A model generated the notes under the pieces. That model searched no databases. It saw only the letters and a program-made list of their open reading frames with translations, and had not been told where the DNA came from. From positions 1 through 64,000 of the forward strand of contig CBDBFU010000016.1 in the NCBI GenBank assembly GCA_965205025.1: a stretch of DNA of 64,000 nt, written 5' to 3'. Of the stretch, positions 1 through 10,744 are shown piece after piece. This DNA comes from Candidatus Poribacteria bacterium (GTDB taxonomy: Bacteria; Poribacteria; WGA-4E; WGA-3G). The translations under genes and the position numbers were made by a program. Within the stretch, counting starts at the first letter, position 1; each line of letters opens with the position of its first letter.

Positions 1-114
1 TGTATCAACCATCGTATCAAGGGCAGATTCAAAATCTCTACTAATTCCATCAGTAATGATTCCTATTTTCGGTAAGCTATCAACACCAAAGCTTTCTTGT
101 TTATCAATATTCAT
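1..114 (-). CDS. 5' part of a sugar-phosphate isomerase/epimerase (xylose isomerase-like TIM barrel); runs off the window
   Basis: Manual translation MNIDKQESFGVDSLPKIGIITDGISRDFESALDTMVDT, with RBS AAAGGA upstream; the 'GIITDxISxDFExAL' start is typical of AP_endonuc_2 proteins. Confidence 0.5.
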   Translation of the reverse strand, partial: MNIDKQESFGVDSLPKIGIITDGISRDFESALDTMVDT

Positions 115-139
115 ACTCTTTCCTTTACATGACTCTATC

Positions 140-1034
140 TTACTCTGTCTTTTTTACTTCAATTCCTGCTATATTTTCAAGTATTTTTATTATTGTCCAA
201 TTATCCTCATCAGGATTCACTGCTTTTCCTGCCTGAAATAATTCAAAAGCTGCACCCGTAGCAAACAAAGGAACTCCACAATCATTTGCCATACTCTTAG
301 CAAGGCTTAAATCCTTATACATCGTACCAATATTACTCTGTCCCTTAAAGTTCCTTTCTAATATATTCTCTGAAGTATCTCTGAACAGGAAATTACCTAC
401 GACACTTGTACTTACTACATCACAAAGTGTTTCAGGTTTAACCCCAGCTTTAACTGCCAAAGTGAGAGCCTTCAAATATACCTGCATAACTACAACCAAT
501 CAGTACTGCCAGTGCCGATTTTACCGTTTGTCCCATTCCAATTTCTTCTCCAACGTGGTATATATCCTTCCCAACGGCTTCAAGTACAGGTAAAGTTGTA
601 CCATAAGTTTTCTTATTCGTTGCCACCATCATTGTAAGTGTGCCGTTCGCAGCCCCGGGTGCCCCACCACTAACTGGTGAATCCACAAGGTGGATGCCTT
701 TTTCTACCAATAATTCTGATACCTCTATGACTTGAGAACGACCAATAGTAGCAGTACAAATAACTGTCCCACCTGGTCTTATTCCCGCTATCAACCCATC
801 ATCAGAGAGCAATATCTCTTTTACCTGATCAACATTAAGTACCATTATGAAAACGAAATCAGCAGATTCACCTACTTCTTTGGGAGTAGCAGCAGCTTTA
901 GCCCCTAATTGAGATAGTTCTTCAAGAGGTTCCATCCTTACATCGTAAACAGTCAGTTCGTGACCACACTTCAAGATATTCTTTGACATTCCCATGCCCA
1001 TGTTTCCCACACCAATAAGACCTACTTTCTCCAT
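140..1034 (-). CDS. NAD(P)-dependent oxidoreductase, 3-hydroxyisobutyrate dehydrogenase/tartronate semialdehyde reductase family (split by one frameshift near 470)
   Basis: ORF 450..1034 has GLIGVGNMG and DSPVSGG motifs. ORF 140..499 carries the C-terminal domain (ALTLAVKAGV...MYKDL). Removing one G from gaaGgctctc joins them (IFEALTLAVK). Confidence 0.85.
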
Positions 1035-1282
1035 CTATACCCCCTAAATATTTCATTTAGTTAATGTCTATTTTATATAACAACTCGATTATTCTATAAC
1101 AGACCTTAGTTGCAGTCAACATACCACTTTATCTTTAGGGTGTAATTAATTTGTCACCTTAGGTGTCAATTTAGTGAGTTTAGTTTATTTTTATGTTATT
1201 TTGAGTTATCTGAATCACAGATTCCACGGATTTCGCGGAGAAGAGTTTTTGGAGAGAGTAAGGAGTAAGATCACAAACTAAA

Positions 1283-1424
1283 TGAGGATTAAGTTTTAAA
1301 TTCGGTAATTCCCATTTTCCCAAACTCGGTAGGTTCGGTTTCCTAACCACGGGGAATGCTAAATAGCATTCATACCGTTGATTCGAATTTCTAACACATT
1401 ACCGAATTATTATTTTAATCTTCA
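1283..1424. mobile_element. 142-bp MITE-like element, copy 1
   Basis: Terminal inverted repeats TGAGGATTAA/TTAATCTTCA, flanked by TAAA on both sides; near-identical reverse-complement copy at 32547-32688. Confidence 0.85.
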
Positions 1425-1503
1425 TAAAGTTTGTGGCACAAAAGATGTTTTGTGGTTCTCACAATTTTGATAGGTAAATACCTTAACACGGTTGAGATAT
1501 ATT

Positions 1504-4293
1504 CTACTGATTTTTTGATCTTTTCTTCGCAGCCAAAAGACGGGATATTGTATCATCTTGCATTTCGGATGGAGTAGTCTGAGGGGGTTCGGAAATTACC
1601 GTTTCCATTCGTCTTGAATCCGTTTCTACGCTAATTGGAATACGGTCTTTAGGTTGAATATCTATTGCAGACTTTTTTTGTCCTAAGACCGATAGTGTTT
1701 TAGGAATTAAATCAGATTTCCTGCGAAATTGTTCTCGTAGATCATTGATGTAACTACTTGCTATGCTAAAACGACGGAGTATCATTTCCAATGTAAACAA
1801 AATTACAGCAACAATCAATAGTCCAATGTAAAATGACCTTGTGGTTTCAATAGGAACACCAGAAGATGCTACAATTTCAGATTTTGTAGGTTCAAAGACA
1901 CCTCCAGTTTCTTTGGAAAGTGTCTTTAACAATGAAGTGTTTGTTTCAAAATCTGCATATTCCACGGGGTACGGCAGAGTAATGGACTCTGTTATTTTAT
2001 TCTCATCACCTTCCTGTTTTGCTGTCACAATATAAGATCCTACATCTGTCATTTGGAACTCACCTTGATACTGTCTTGAATTGACTTGGTTCATCTCAAT
2101 TATCTGATTTTTCTGATGTGGTCCAGCTACATTTACTGAAAATGACCTATCAGAGGAGGAAGAAGATTCAATCATAACTTCACCATTTCCATTTCTATTT
2201 GATACAATGAGATCATACTCAGCATTTACATCAGTAGTAGGTAATGTGGAGTTGATTAGTTGTCCCCAGAACTTACCAAAATTGGACCACTGAATCCAAT
2301 TTTTGCTCCATGCTGATTTGACATCTGATGTCCAAGCAACTGCTTTACCAAAACCGTAATTCCAATCTATAAGAATCGGTTCATTCTCATGAGAAGTTAT
2401 ATGCACTTGTGCCAAAGGTTTTTCTGCTGTTGAAACATATCCATAAAGTAAAGGTAAGGATGAAATACCATCAAAAAACTGAGACTGTGTGTAAGCTATA
2501 ACTGGTTGGAATTCTTCTTGAATAATATAATCTTGTGTGTCCCGTACTGCATCCATCAATACCTTTGGTAATTTATGGAGATTGTCAACATACACATATT
2601 CTCCATCTCCATTTATAGCAATTTCTTCGAGTAATTCTCTGACGGCATCACCTATCGCAATAGCCGTAATTCCAATTCCTGCATCAGAACAATCCTGTGC
2701 TTGTTGTAGAATTATCTCCTGTTCCTCATTCGATTTCCCATCAGATAGTAAAATGATGTGCTTTCGCTTTGCTTCAGATGAATCTAAATATATCTTGGCT
2801 TGTTTAATTACAGCTGCTATTTTATTAGTACCACCTGTTGGTTTTAACCTCCCTACAATATCAACTAATTCGTCCTGGTTAGTAGTTAACTCAGAGATTT
2901 TCCGAAGTTCTACATCAAAGCCTATAATTGCAGCATGATCATCACTCTCTAAATTTCCTATACCGGCACGTATCGCTTCAATTGCAAGGTCGATTTTTTT
3001 CTGTGAACCGACAATATTCGCCATACTGCCAGATGTATCTACTGCAAATACAATAGCAACTGATTCCTTTTTTTCTTTAGGTGTCATTTCCATAGGTAAT
3101 ATATCTTCTAACTTACTTCCTGTATAACCTCCAGGACCATAAGCGTTATCACCACCAATAACAATCAAACCATGACCAAGGTCACGTACAAATATCTCGA
3201 AATTTCTCAGTTGTTCATCGGAAAATACATCAATATGTGTATTACTCAGTATTAACAGATCATAGGATTTTAAATCGATAAGATCACTTGGTATCTGACC
3301 GGCAGGAACTACATTTACTGATAAACCATTTTCCTCAATTACAGTTTTTAAATAAGTGGATTCATCTAAATTGTCTTCGACATATAATATATTCGGTTTA
3401 TCCTCAATTTGTACGACCCCGTAAGCTTGATTATTCTCCAATATCTCATCAACTACATCTATCTTTACGTGGTAGTTATGAGTTATTTCTTCAAAAATCT
3501 GGTGCGATTGAAACGAAAAAACCGTTCTTCCTACTGTTAAAGGAATTTGAGTATCTAAAAGGAATTGATCATTATGATATAAAGCAGCATTAACATTTTG
3601 AAAACTTCCATCAGATTCAATTACTACCTTTATATCAAAATATTGACCTTTTCGTACCTTTTCTGGTAGTAATAACTCAACTACCCTAACTCTATCTTTA
3701 ATAGACTGTAGTGGGATTGTCATTATTTCTACCTCACTTGATGAGAATAGTGGAATAAAATCTAAAATAGCTTGATTATCAACATTGTGAATTCCATCTG
3801 AATAGAGGATAATTCGTCGATGAGAATTTTCTGGTAGGATTTCAAGACTTCTTATGATTCCAGACAGTATATCTGTATTACTACTCCCATCTGTTGATTC
3901 TATTAAATCAATAGATATTTCTTCCTTATCTGAAACCGGTGTTAGATTTCTCCAGACAGTCGGTTTTGACGCAAAACCGATAATAGCAAATTGGTCTGTT
4001 GGCTCTAATACAGATATAGTCGAATTAATCTGATCTATAGTGTTTTCAAGTTGGGAAGGTGCAATACTATCAGAAGTATCAATCAGAAATACTAAAGCAA
4101 GCCGTTGATCCTTACGGCTTGCTTGTAGGTTAGCTAATGCAAGGATGGCGCATAAAAGTACTCCACATCTAAGTAAAAAAGTTGTCCACTTTCGCAACTT
4201 AGATGCAACCACATGAGTGCTTCTATGAATTAATATGAAGATTGGTATTAAGAGAAGAAGAATTAGGAAGAGAGGAGTTCCGAGTACAAACAT
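1504..4293 (-). CDS. Membrane-anchored protein with two vWA domains and a glutamine amidotransferase-like domain (BatA-like N-terminus)
   Basis: N-terminal TM helices; MIDAS motifs DTSDS and DTSGS; GHGLIVIGG..AYGPGGY; C-terminal TM followed by EMILRR. Confidence 0.8.
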   Translation of the reverse strand: MFVLGTPLFLILLLLIPIFILIHRSTHVVASKLRKWTTFLLRCGVLLCAILALANLQASRKDQRLALVFLIDTSDSIAPSQLENTIDQINSTISVLEPTDQFAIIGFASKPTVWRNLTPVSDKEEISIDLIESTDGSSNTDILSGIIRSLEILPENSHRRIILYSDGIHNVDNQAILDFIPLFSSSEVEIMTIPLQSIKDRVRVVELLLPEKVRKGQYFDIKVVIESDGSFQNVNAALYHNDQFLLDTQIPLTVGRTVFSFQSHQIFEEITHNYHVKIDVVDEILENNQAYGVVQIEDKPNILYVEDNLDESTYLKTVIEENGLSVNVVPAGQIPSDLIDLKSYDLLILSNTHIDVFSDEQLRNFEIFVRDLGHGLIVIGGDNAYGPGGYTGSKLEDILPMEMTPKEKKESVAIVFAVDTSGSMANIVGSQKKIDLAIEAIRAGIGNLESDDHAAIIGFDVELRKISELTTNQDELVDIVGRLKPTGGTNKIAAVIKQAKIYLDSSEAKRKHIILLSDGKSNEEQEIILQQAQDCSDAGIGITAIAIGDAVRELLEEIAINGDGEYVYVDNLHKLPKVLMDAVRDTQDYIIQEEFQPVIAYTQSQFFDGISSLPLLYGYVSTAEKPLAQVHITSHENEPILIDWNYGFGKAVAWTSDVKSAWSKNWIQWSNFGKFWGQLINSTLPTTDVNAEYDLIVSNRNGNGEVMIESSSSSDRSFSVNVAGPHQKNQIIEMNQVNSRQYQGEFQMTDVGSYIVTAKQEGDENKITESITLPYPVEYADFETNTSLLKTLSKETGGVFEPTKSEIVASSGVPIETTRSFYIGLLIVAVILFTLEMILRRFSIASSYINDLREQFRRKSDLIPKTLSVLGQKKSAIDIQPKDRIPISVETDSRRMETVISEPPQTTPSEMQDDTISRLLAAKKRSKNQ

Positions 4294-4400
4294 CCTAAAA
4301 ATTTGAGAAGAATCTTTGCAACCTTACTACCCTAAGAATGAAGCAAACAGATGGTAGGATTTATGGTAGAATATCTTTGGTGTCAATCAATAGTTAACTA

Positions 4401-5147
4401 TCATCTATTCTGATTAAGACGTTCAATTTCTGCTAAGGCTTCAGCAAGTGCGACTTCTGCATTATCAGCGCGTTTTTCTGCTACTTGTCGTGCTGCGGTT
4501 TCTTCTTGAACAAGTGTTTCAGCATCTTTGATACGTGCTTCAGCATCTTCGATACGTGTTTCAGCATCTTCGATACGTTCGAATCGAGATTTCAACCATT
4601 TAGAGATTTCTGGATCATATAATCTCAACTTACCCATATCTTCACCCAACTCTAAACCCAAGACAGTAGAGAAAAGACGTCCCTCCACAAAATCAATCTC
4701 CTTGTACTTGCCGTCAATTAAGCGATACCCAACAAAACTCGGAACGACTTGTCCAAGTGGATCGTAGATGAAATACTCCTTTACCCTAAGTACCGATTCA
4801 TATAAATCTTTCTTAGGACCAATATCATCCTTAAAAGTACTTGGACTTGCAACTTCAAGAATGAAATCTGGTGACCGACCTTCCTCCCATATTCGGTATA
4901 TGCGTCTTTGTTTTTTCTCAATACCACACACGACAAACACATCTGGAGCGATAAACTTCTTAGGATCACCTTCTACATAATACATAAACATATTACCAGA
5001 AACACAGACATCCTCATTGATAAAATAGTCTTTTAGTATCTGAATGAAATCTATCATCAAATCCCGATGTATTTCTGTTTCCGCCATTGGTTTACCGTCT
5101 GATTCCGGATAGAATATTGTCGGAGCAGATTGGATTTTATTCTGCAT
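4401..5147 (-). CDS. Uma2-family PD-(D/E)XK putative endonuclease with C-terminal coiled coil
   Basis: YPESDGKPMAET, APDVFVV, PDFILEVASPST and VKEYFIYDP motifs; RIEDAE heptad repeats. Confidence 0.9.
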   Translation of the reverse strand: MQNKIQSAPTIFYPESDGKPMAETEIHRDLMIDFIQILKDYFINEDVCVSGNMFMYYVEGDPKKFIAPDVFVVCGIEKKQRRIYRIWEEGRSPDFILEVASPSTFKDDIGPKKDLYESVLRVKEYFIYDPLGQVVPSFVGYRLIDGKYKEIDFVEGRLFSTVLGLELGEDMGKLRLYDPEISKWLKSRFERIEDAETRIEDAEARIKDAETLVQEETAARQVAEKRADNAEVALAEALAEIERLNQNR

Positions 5148-5239
5148 CGTTTTATCTCCCAGTCTCGGTATATGGAATTAAGTATATTCTATCGTTGTAG
5201 GGATGTCAAGGGTAAGTCTAATAGGAAACTGCACATCAC

Positions 5240-6949
5240 CTATTGTTTTTGTAGTTCCTCAAAATAATCTTCAGCAGCTTGATGTTCTGCAGCATGTGTC
5301 ATCCCATAACGATTACATAGTGCTATATATTCAGCAATGGTATTTCGACGTTGAATTCCATCAATACCTCCAGCTACTATCATAGCTTTATATGCAGGTA
5401 TTGATGCTTTTTCTACACGTGCTCTAATTTCAGAGTTTGTTGCCAGATTAAACGCCTCTTTGAAGAACTCAAAAATACGTTGTGAACTTTCAGCATCTAA
5501 ACCTACATCTTCTGGTGAAGGGAAGGTTCCCGGGTGTAGACCCTTTGTCTCAACATTATCATGAAGAAACTCTATATAGTCCAGAATAGCAGATGATGCA
5601 TTTTTATAATGGAGTTCAACAAATTCTCTAAGGATTTCCTGCTCATTAAGATGTGGATTCCAAATTAGTTGTGAAATTAGATAATTTCTTAAGTCAGAGA
5701 ATTCCCCTGTTAGACCGTTTCCATTTGCCTGCATAAATACACCTTTAGCATTATTATTCAAAAAATATCTAACATTCGGTCCAATACAGCGTAGGTTTGG
5801 ATGTGGTAAATCATAACATCTGAAATTCGTGTTGTAATTCCAAATCCATATATCATTACATATTTTACCCCAATCAATTGTATCTGAACAAAATGCTTGG
5901 TTTTTTTCACAGTCCGGATTGTCAATAGCGTGTAAAGTACAACACTCAATACTACAAAGTTGAATCTGAACATTCGGTCGTGGTTTAATGGTCTTGGGTG
6001 CTTGGCGTGTGTACCAATATGCCAATGTTCCAACTTTTACGGATGGATGTACTTTTTCAATTCGTTCAGCAACAGCATTTACAAAAGTCAACTGTGAACC
6101 CATAGGTGTATCTTCATCTATGTTGAGTTCCTCACATCTATCACATCTACAGTATCGAGCAGTATCGGCTTGACTAACACTGATATTTGCAATATTGGGA
6201 TTATCGGTTAAGTGTTGTATTGCTGTCTTTGCAGCTATTTCGATAACCTCTTGATTTGTTACACATAATTGAGGACCACCACCGTGAGTTTCTGTATCTC
6301 GACTTCCTTCATGTAATGCATAATATTCCGGATGATCTTCACCATAAGTATTGAATGGAACTAAGAAATGGAATGAATGGTTGATGAGATTTTGTTGCGT
6401 CTTACCACCAAGGTTTTCTGCATCAGTAACAGTGTTGACTTTAAGCTTCGCTGCAAACTCAGGAGAATTTGAATTCTCACGATAGTAGCTCCACCTGAAA
6501 GAGAAGGGAGGGTTATATGTATAAGTTCCACAAGGTATCTTGATTTCAGTATTATCAGGAACAAATGTATGGTCTGTTGTTAGATATCGAATACCAATTA
6601 ACTCTTCAAGAAATTGGTATACTGCATACAATATGCCCCTTGGTAAGCCACCTCTAATCTGAATATATGATTGATCAACGATAATAGAAATTTCCTCATC
6701 GTCTAATGAAGATAATGAAGTTATGGTAACTTGTTCGTTGACGTTATTGAAGTTTTCAATAGCTTCCAAAGGTAATTCTAACTTGTTTGCTTGATTGAAC
6801 CATTTTTGAAATTCCTCAGCAGCGTAATGTTCTGTGACGGTTGCTTGATTAGAAGTGACTATTTCCCAATTCTTCATATCAGAAACAACTAAATTCCCAC
6901 CTGTATGCTCATAATTAAGTGTCTTGCCTATAGACATATTCCACCTCAA
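5240..6949 (-). CDS. DUF4838-type glycoside hydrolase-like protein
   Basis: YAAEEFQ, RGILYAVYQFLE, HPEYYAL, QLCVTN, CRCDRC, TLAYWYT and LIWNP motifs; true start may be at 6937. Confidence 0.75.
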   Translation of the reverse strand: MRWNMSIGKTLNYEHTGGNLVVSDMKNWEIVTSNQATVTEHYAAEEFQKWFNQANKLELPLEAIENFNNVNEQVTITSLSSLDDEEISIIVDQSYIQIRGGLPRGILYAVYQFLEELIGIRYLTTDHTFVPDNTEIKIPCGTYTYNPPFSFRWSYYRENSNSPEFAAKLKVNTVTDAENLGGKTQQNLINHSFHFLVPFNTYGEDHPEYYALHEGSRDTETHGGGPQLCVTNQEVIEIAAKTAIQHLTDNPNIANISVSQADTARYCRCDRCEELNIDEDTPMGSQLTFVNAVAERIEKVHPSVKVGTLAYWYTRQAPKTIKPRPNVQIQLCSIECCTLHAIDNPDCEKNQAFCSDTIDWGKICNDIWIWNYNTNFRCYDLPHPNLRCIGPNVRYFLNNNAKGVFMQANGNGLTGEFSDLRNYLISQLIWNPHLNEQEILREFVELHYKNASSAILDYIEFLHDNVETKGLHPGTFPSPEDVGLDAESSQRIFEFFKEAFNLATNSEIRARVEKASIPAYKAMIVAGGIDGIQRRNTIAEYIALCNRYGMTHAAEHQAAEDYFEELQKQ

Positions 6950-7712
6950 TTAGATGTATCTGTGTCATTTCCTATAGTATCAGCATCTTCCTGATACTTT
7001 CGTTCATTGAAAAGTATAAAGAAAAGAATAGCAGCAATAATCGTTAAGATAATAGGTAGTAGAAAGATCTTTGACCAAGCATAACCACCACTTGCTAAAT
7101 CCCCATCTGGTAGTATAATGTCAGGATATGCGAAATAATCATGTAATCGACCACTTACAATATGTCCCACAAACATACCGAGTCCATTCGTAAAAAATAG
7201 AAGCAGTGCTTGGGAACTTGCACGAATATCTGATGGACTTAGACGTTCTATTGCAATCATTCCACCAACAAAGAAGAACGAATAACAGATACCGTGAAGT
7301 GACTGAGAACCGATAACTAACCAAACAGGTTCACCAATAGCAAATATGGTATACCTTACCGGCCATGCAAGTATACCTAAGAATATTGTCATTCTCATCC
7401 CTAAATATCGTAGACAAGGTAATAGCAGCACCATCAGATGAGTATATGAGATATTCCTGCAAAAAGTTGGGCAGAGATGAGTCTATCAGCAATCCAACCA
7501 GCAATTATTGGAGATATAATTGCTCCTATAGCAGTTGTGCCGAAAACATAACTTAGTTGCTTACCTGAGAAACCAAGATTCTGCATATGACCGGCTATCA
7601 GGACCGCCCACGCACCCCAAATCGCAAACTGAAGGAACATCATTACTGATAAACGTACATGTGTAAAAAAAGAAACCTTTCCATAATGCATTTCTATTTC
7701 CTTAGATTTCAT
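6946..7712 (-). pseudogene. NupG-like MFS nucleoside:H+ symporter with a large internal deletion
   Basis: N-terminal fragment RLSVMMFLQFAIWGAW (7434..7712) abuts C-terminal fragment LHGICYSFFFV...RASSQ (6946..7434); about 250 aa total versus about 400 expected. Confidence 0.75.
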
Positions 7713-7742
7713 TATATTACCGTTGTTTAATGGTTGTTATAA

Positions 7743-8786
7743 TTACCAACTCTCGATTGGTTCAGTAGATTTAACTACATGCATCCCAGCTTCTTGGAAT
7801 TCACTAAATGCTTTATTCGCAGAATCTGTATAATCTACAACACCAGGTACAACAACAGGTGAAGTTAAATCTTCTACAAGGTATATCTTATCTGTAAGAA
7901 TCCCATCAATTTCTTGTATTTCTGATAGTAGATCACTTATTGTCCACACAACACAATGACTCTTGGCTTGACCAGCGATAATTAATCTATCATATTCTAA
8001 GAACATGTTGAGAATCTCTGTATTCTTGTGCGCTATGGGTTTCCCATCTCTGTCATCAAGTACTTCTGGACGAAGTACAGAATAGTTTTCAGTAAGTGGA
8101 TTTAATCCCTTAATTTCATATCGCGTCTGACTATTTTTTGCAATCGCATGGAAGAAACATGCTTCATCTACAGAAGAAACAACAGAATGACCAATACCTC
8201 CCAACATTGCATGGTATGGCCATATAGTTAATGGGTATTTTCCATCAGAAGTAAGTGTTTTGACATAGTGTTCTGCGTATTCTCTAAGCCACTGATATCC
8301 TTCATTCTGACCCTTGATATTTTCTTCCATAGCTGAATTCACACGCCACTTACCACTTTTTATATCTCCAAGAGTAATAAGGGTTTGTAATGGGATTGGA
8401 TGTATACCTTTTTCATCCACCCAAAAAATCTCATGAAATATCTGCATCGCTGTATGTGTATCCAAAGTACACACAATTTTTGTAAGATTATTCAGATTTC
8501 GATATATGAATTCACACAATCGTATATTATCCTCAACTGCCCCATTTCCAGATCTACCTGCAACAAAAAGCTCGAATTCGGGTATGCAAAATGTATTCTG
8601 AACATCCACAAGTAGTAAGCATGTTTTTACTGCATCCTCAGTAGCTGGAGATATATCATATTGTTTTTTCCATTCTCGTGCTTGGTTTACACGTTCTTGA
8701 TACGGAATTCGCCAGACTTCACCAACTCTTGAGTTAATAAAATGTGGAGGAATTGGAATTTGAGGTTTGGATAGGTTACTTTGCAT
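7743..8786 (-). CDS. Isochorismatase/nicotinamidase-like cysteine hydrolase
   Basis: LLLVDVQNTFC, LDTH, IWPYH and AGQAKSHCV motifs. Confidence 0.85.
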   Translation of the reverse strand: MQSNLSKPQIPIPPHFINSRVGEVWRIPYQERVNQAREWKKQYDISPATEDAVKTCLLLVDVQNTFCIPEFELFVAGRSGNGAVEDNIRLCEFIYRNLNNLTKIVCTLDTHTAMQIFHEIFWVDEKGIHPIPLQTLITLGDIKSGKWRVNSAMEENIKGQNEGYQWLREYAEHYVKTLTSDGKYPLTIWPYHAMLGGIGHSVVSSVDEACFFHAIAKNSQTRYEIKGLNPLTENYSVLRPEVLDDRDGKPIAHKNTEILNMFLEYDRLIIAGQAKSHCVVWTISDLLSEIQEIDGILTDKIYLVEDLTSPVVVPGVVDYTDSANKAFSEFQEAGMHVVKSTEPIESW

Positions 8787-9160
8787 TTTTTCTATCTTTT
8801 TTGCTACTAATATGTCTATAATATATAGATGAGAACGGTTAAGTATTTTATGATAGGTTATATTGAATTGAAATGTATAGAATTTTAAGGTTTACTTAAA
8901 AAGAGATATAGACAGAAGAATTAGACAAATTAAGTAAAAGCCTGATTGAATTCTAAAGTACATTGTGAATTTTTACAATAAAAAACTATAGTCTTCTAAC
9001 GGAATATAGAGATAAATCGAAGAAAAATATGAGATAATGAATTCTTTTACAGAATTTTACGTAATTAAATTAATGGGAATGTAAGAACATGTTAGTCTTA
9101 TATCGTTATTGAATTATGACGTGACACATATTCCCAGTACAAACATAGGATTGACATAAG

Positions 9161-9772
9161 ATGCGCAGATGGAAAAAACGACGTCCGGAAATAGAGGAAA
9201 GGCTTGAACAAGCAAACAGACGGTTTCGTGAAGCACGTGGAAGATTACGTTGGTCGGTAAATGATGCCCTCCTTCCACTTAATATTCAAGAGAGTCATGG
9301 TATTTCTGAATTAAAAGGTGATGTGATTATTATTTCGTATAACCGTGATTTACAAAATAGGATTCGCGATGTGCTTGAATCTGAAAATTTGAAATGTGAT
9401 GCCGTTGGAAGAAGTGCTGAAGCTGTGTCAATGTTAAAAATTAGAAAATATAAATTGGTAATCGCTGATTTTACGCGGTATCGACGCACTCGGATATTCG
9501 AATTTGTTAGAAGGTATCAACCGTATGTCAAAATTATCTCAATTGTATCAGATGAAGGGTGGGCAAAGGAGTTAATGCGACGCGGTAGTTATAGTTTCTT
9601 GATGGGACGTGGTTTTGATCCTGAACAACTCCGTACATGTCTCGTGAGTTCTTTAAGATTACAACATCGTGTTTGTAGTTTGCAATCAAATGGGGAACGA
9701 TGTAATCGATCCTGTATCAATAGTTATCAGACTGAAGAGGATATAGACTTTGAACTGATGGATCTGGAATAA
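9161..9772 (+). CDS. Hypothetical protein with a degenerate receiver (CheY-like) domain
   Basis: IRDVLESE..AEAVSML..YKLVIAD pattern; Arg-rich N-terminus and Cys-rich C-terminus. Confidence 0.5.
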   Translation: MRRWKKRRPEIEERLEQANRRFREARGRLRWSVNDALLPLNIQESHGISELKGDVIIISYNRDLQNRIRDVLESENLKCDAVGRSAEAVSMLKIRKYKLVIADFTRYRRTRIFEFVRRYQPYVKIISIVSDEGWAKELMRRGSYSFLMGRGFDPEQLRTCLVSSLRLQHRVCSLQSNGERCNRSCINSYQTEEDIDFELMDLE

Positions 9773-9830
9773 TTGATGTTATAGAAAAAATAACATTGCT
9801 AAGAAGAAATATGCTAAGAAGAAATAATTA

Positions 9831-10355
9831 ATGGCTAAAAACTTAGAGTTTAAAGTACGGTATGATTCTATTGATAACTTGCTTCCTAAATTACAAGAAT
9901 TAAAAGCAATACATAAAGAAGTAATACATCAGGTAGACACATACTTTAATAATCCAAAGGGACGGTTGAAATTGCGTGAAACTGAAGCGTCAGATGATGG
10001 CTGGTTGATCTATTATGAACGTCCCAACAATAAAGAATCGCGTTATAGTATATATGAATTGTGTAGGATACCTGAACCGACACAATTAAAGGAATTATTG
10101 TCCGTTTCATTAGGTATAAAGACCATCGTAAAAAAGGATAGATCTTTTTGGCTATATAATAATACAAGAATTCACTTAGACACTGTAGAAGGATTGGGAG
10201 AATTTGTAGAATTAGAAACTGTCTTTCAAGGACAATCAGATTTAGAAGCAACGCAGGAACATCAGCATGTTAAGACGATGCTTGAGTTGAACTTAGCAGA
10301 TCCAATCGCTGTCTCATATAGTGAATTACCCAATGAAATTAACATAATGAGTTGA
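9831..10355 (+). CDS. cyaB: CYTH-domain protein / class IV adenylate cyclase
   Basis: NLEFK, QVDTYF, RLKLRE and RIHLDTVEGLGEFVELE motifs. Confidence 0.85.
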   Translation: MAKNLEFKVRYDSIDNLLPKLQELKAIHKEVIHQVDTYFNNPKGRLKLRETEASDDGWLIYYERPNNKESRYSIYELCRIPEPTQLKELLSVSLGIKTIVKKDRSFWLYNNTRIHLDTVEGLGEFVELETVFQGQSDLEATQEHQHVKTMLELNLADPIAVSYSELPNEINIMS

Positions 10356-10400
10356 TACCATACATTTCTATTTTCTTGAAGTCTATATTGGTGGTGAATT

Positions 10401-10628
10401 ATGAATAATATACAATCACGTAAACTCTTAAATGCAATCAACCAAATGGATTGTGATCAACGTGAACAATTGTTACGGATAAATATATATAACCATCCGT
10501 TATCTGAATTAAAGACATCAAGGGCATCTCTCTTAAAATTAAAAAGTAAATTAGAATGTTGTAAGGATACTAAGAAAGTAGACACAACTGGTATCAGACA
10601 CATCCTTGGTAAAAAACGTTCAAATTAA
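10401..10628 (+). CDS. Small hypothetical protein
   Basis: ORF with GGTGG RBS, co-oriented with cyaB and followed by a terminator. Confidence 0.4.
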   Translation: MNNIQSRKLLNAINQMDCDQREQLLRINIYNHPLSELKTSRASLLKLKSKLECCKDTKKVDTTGIRHILGKKRSN

Positions 10629-10658
10629 AATAGTGATTGTGAATTTCTCTGAAGAATT

Positions 10659-10694
10659 AAGGTAGAAATCCGAGTGATTTCTACCTTGTTTTTT
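10659..10694 (+). terminator. Rho-independent terminator
   Basis: AAGGTAGAAATC-cgagt-GATTTCTACCTT followed by GTTTTTT, between convergent genes. Confidence 0.8.
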
Positions 10695-10744
10695 AAGTAT
10701 AATAATTAAAGTGATGGAAAGTCATGCACAAATCCTATATATCA

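Noticed and set aside
1135-1185. Short IS-end-like motif AGGTGTCAATTTAGTG (inverse at about 62973-62988)
   Set aside because: Isolated ends with no partner or target duplication; too little to call an element
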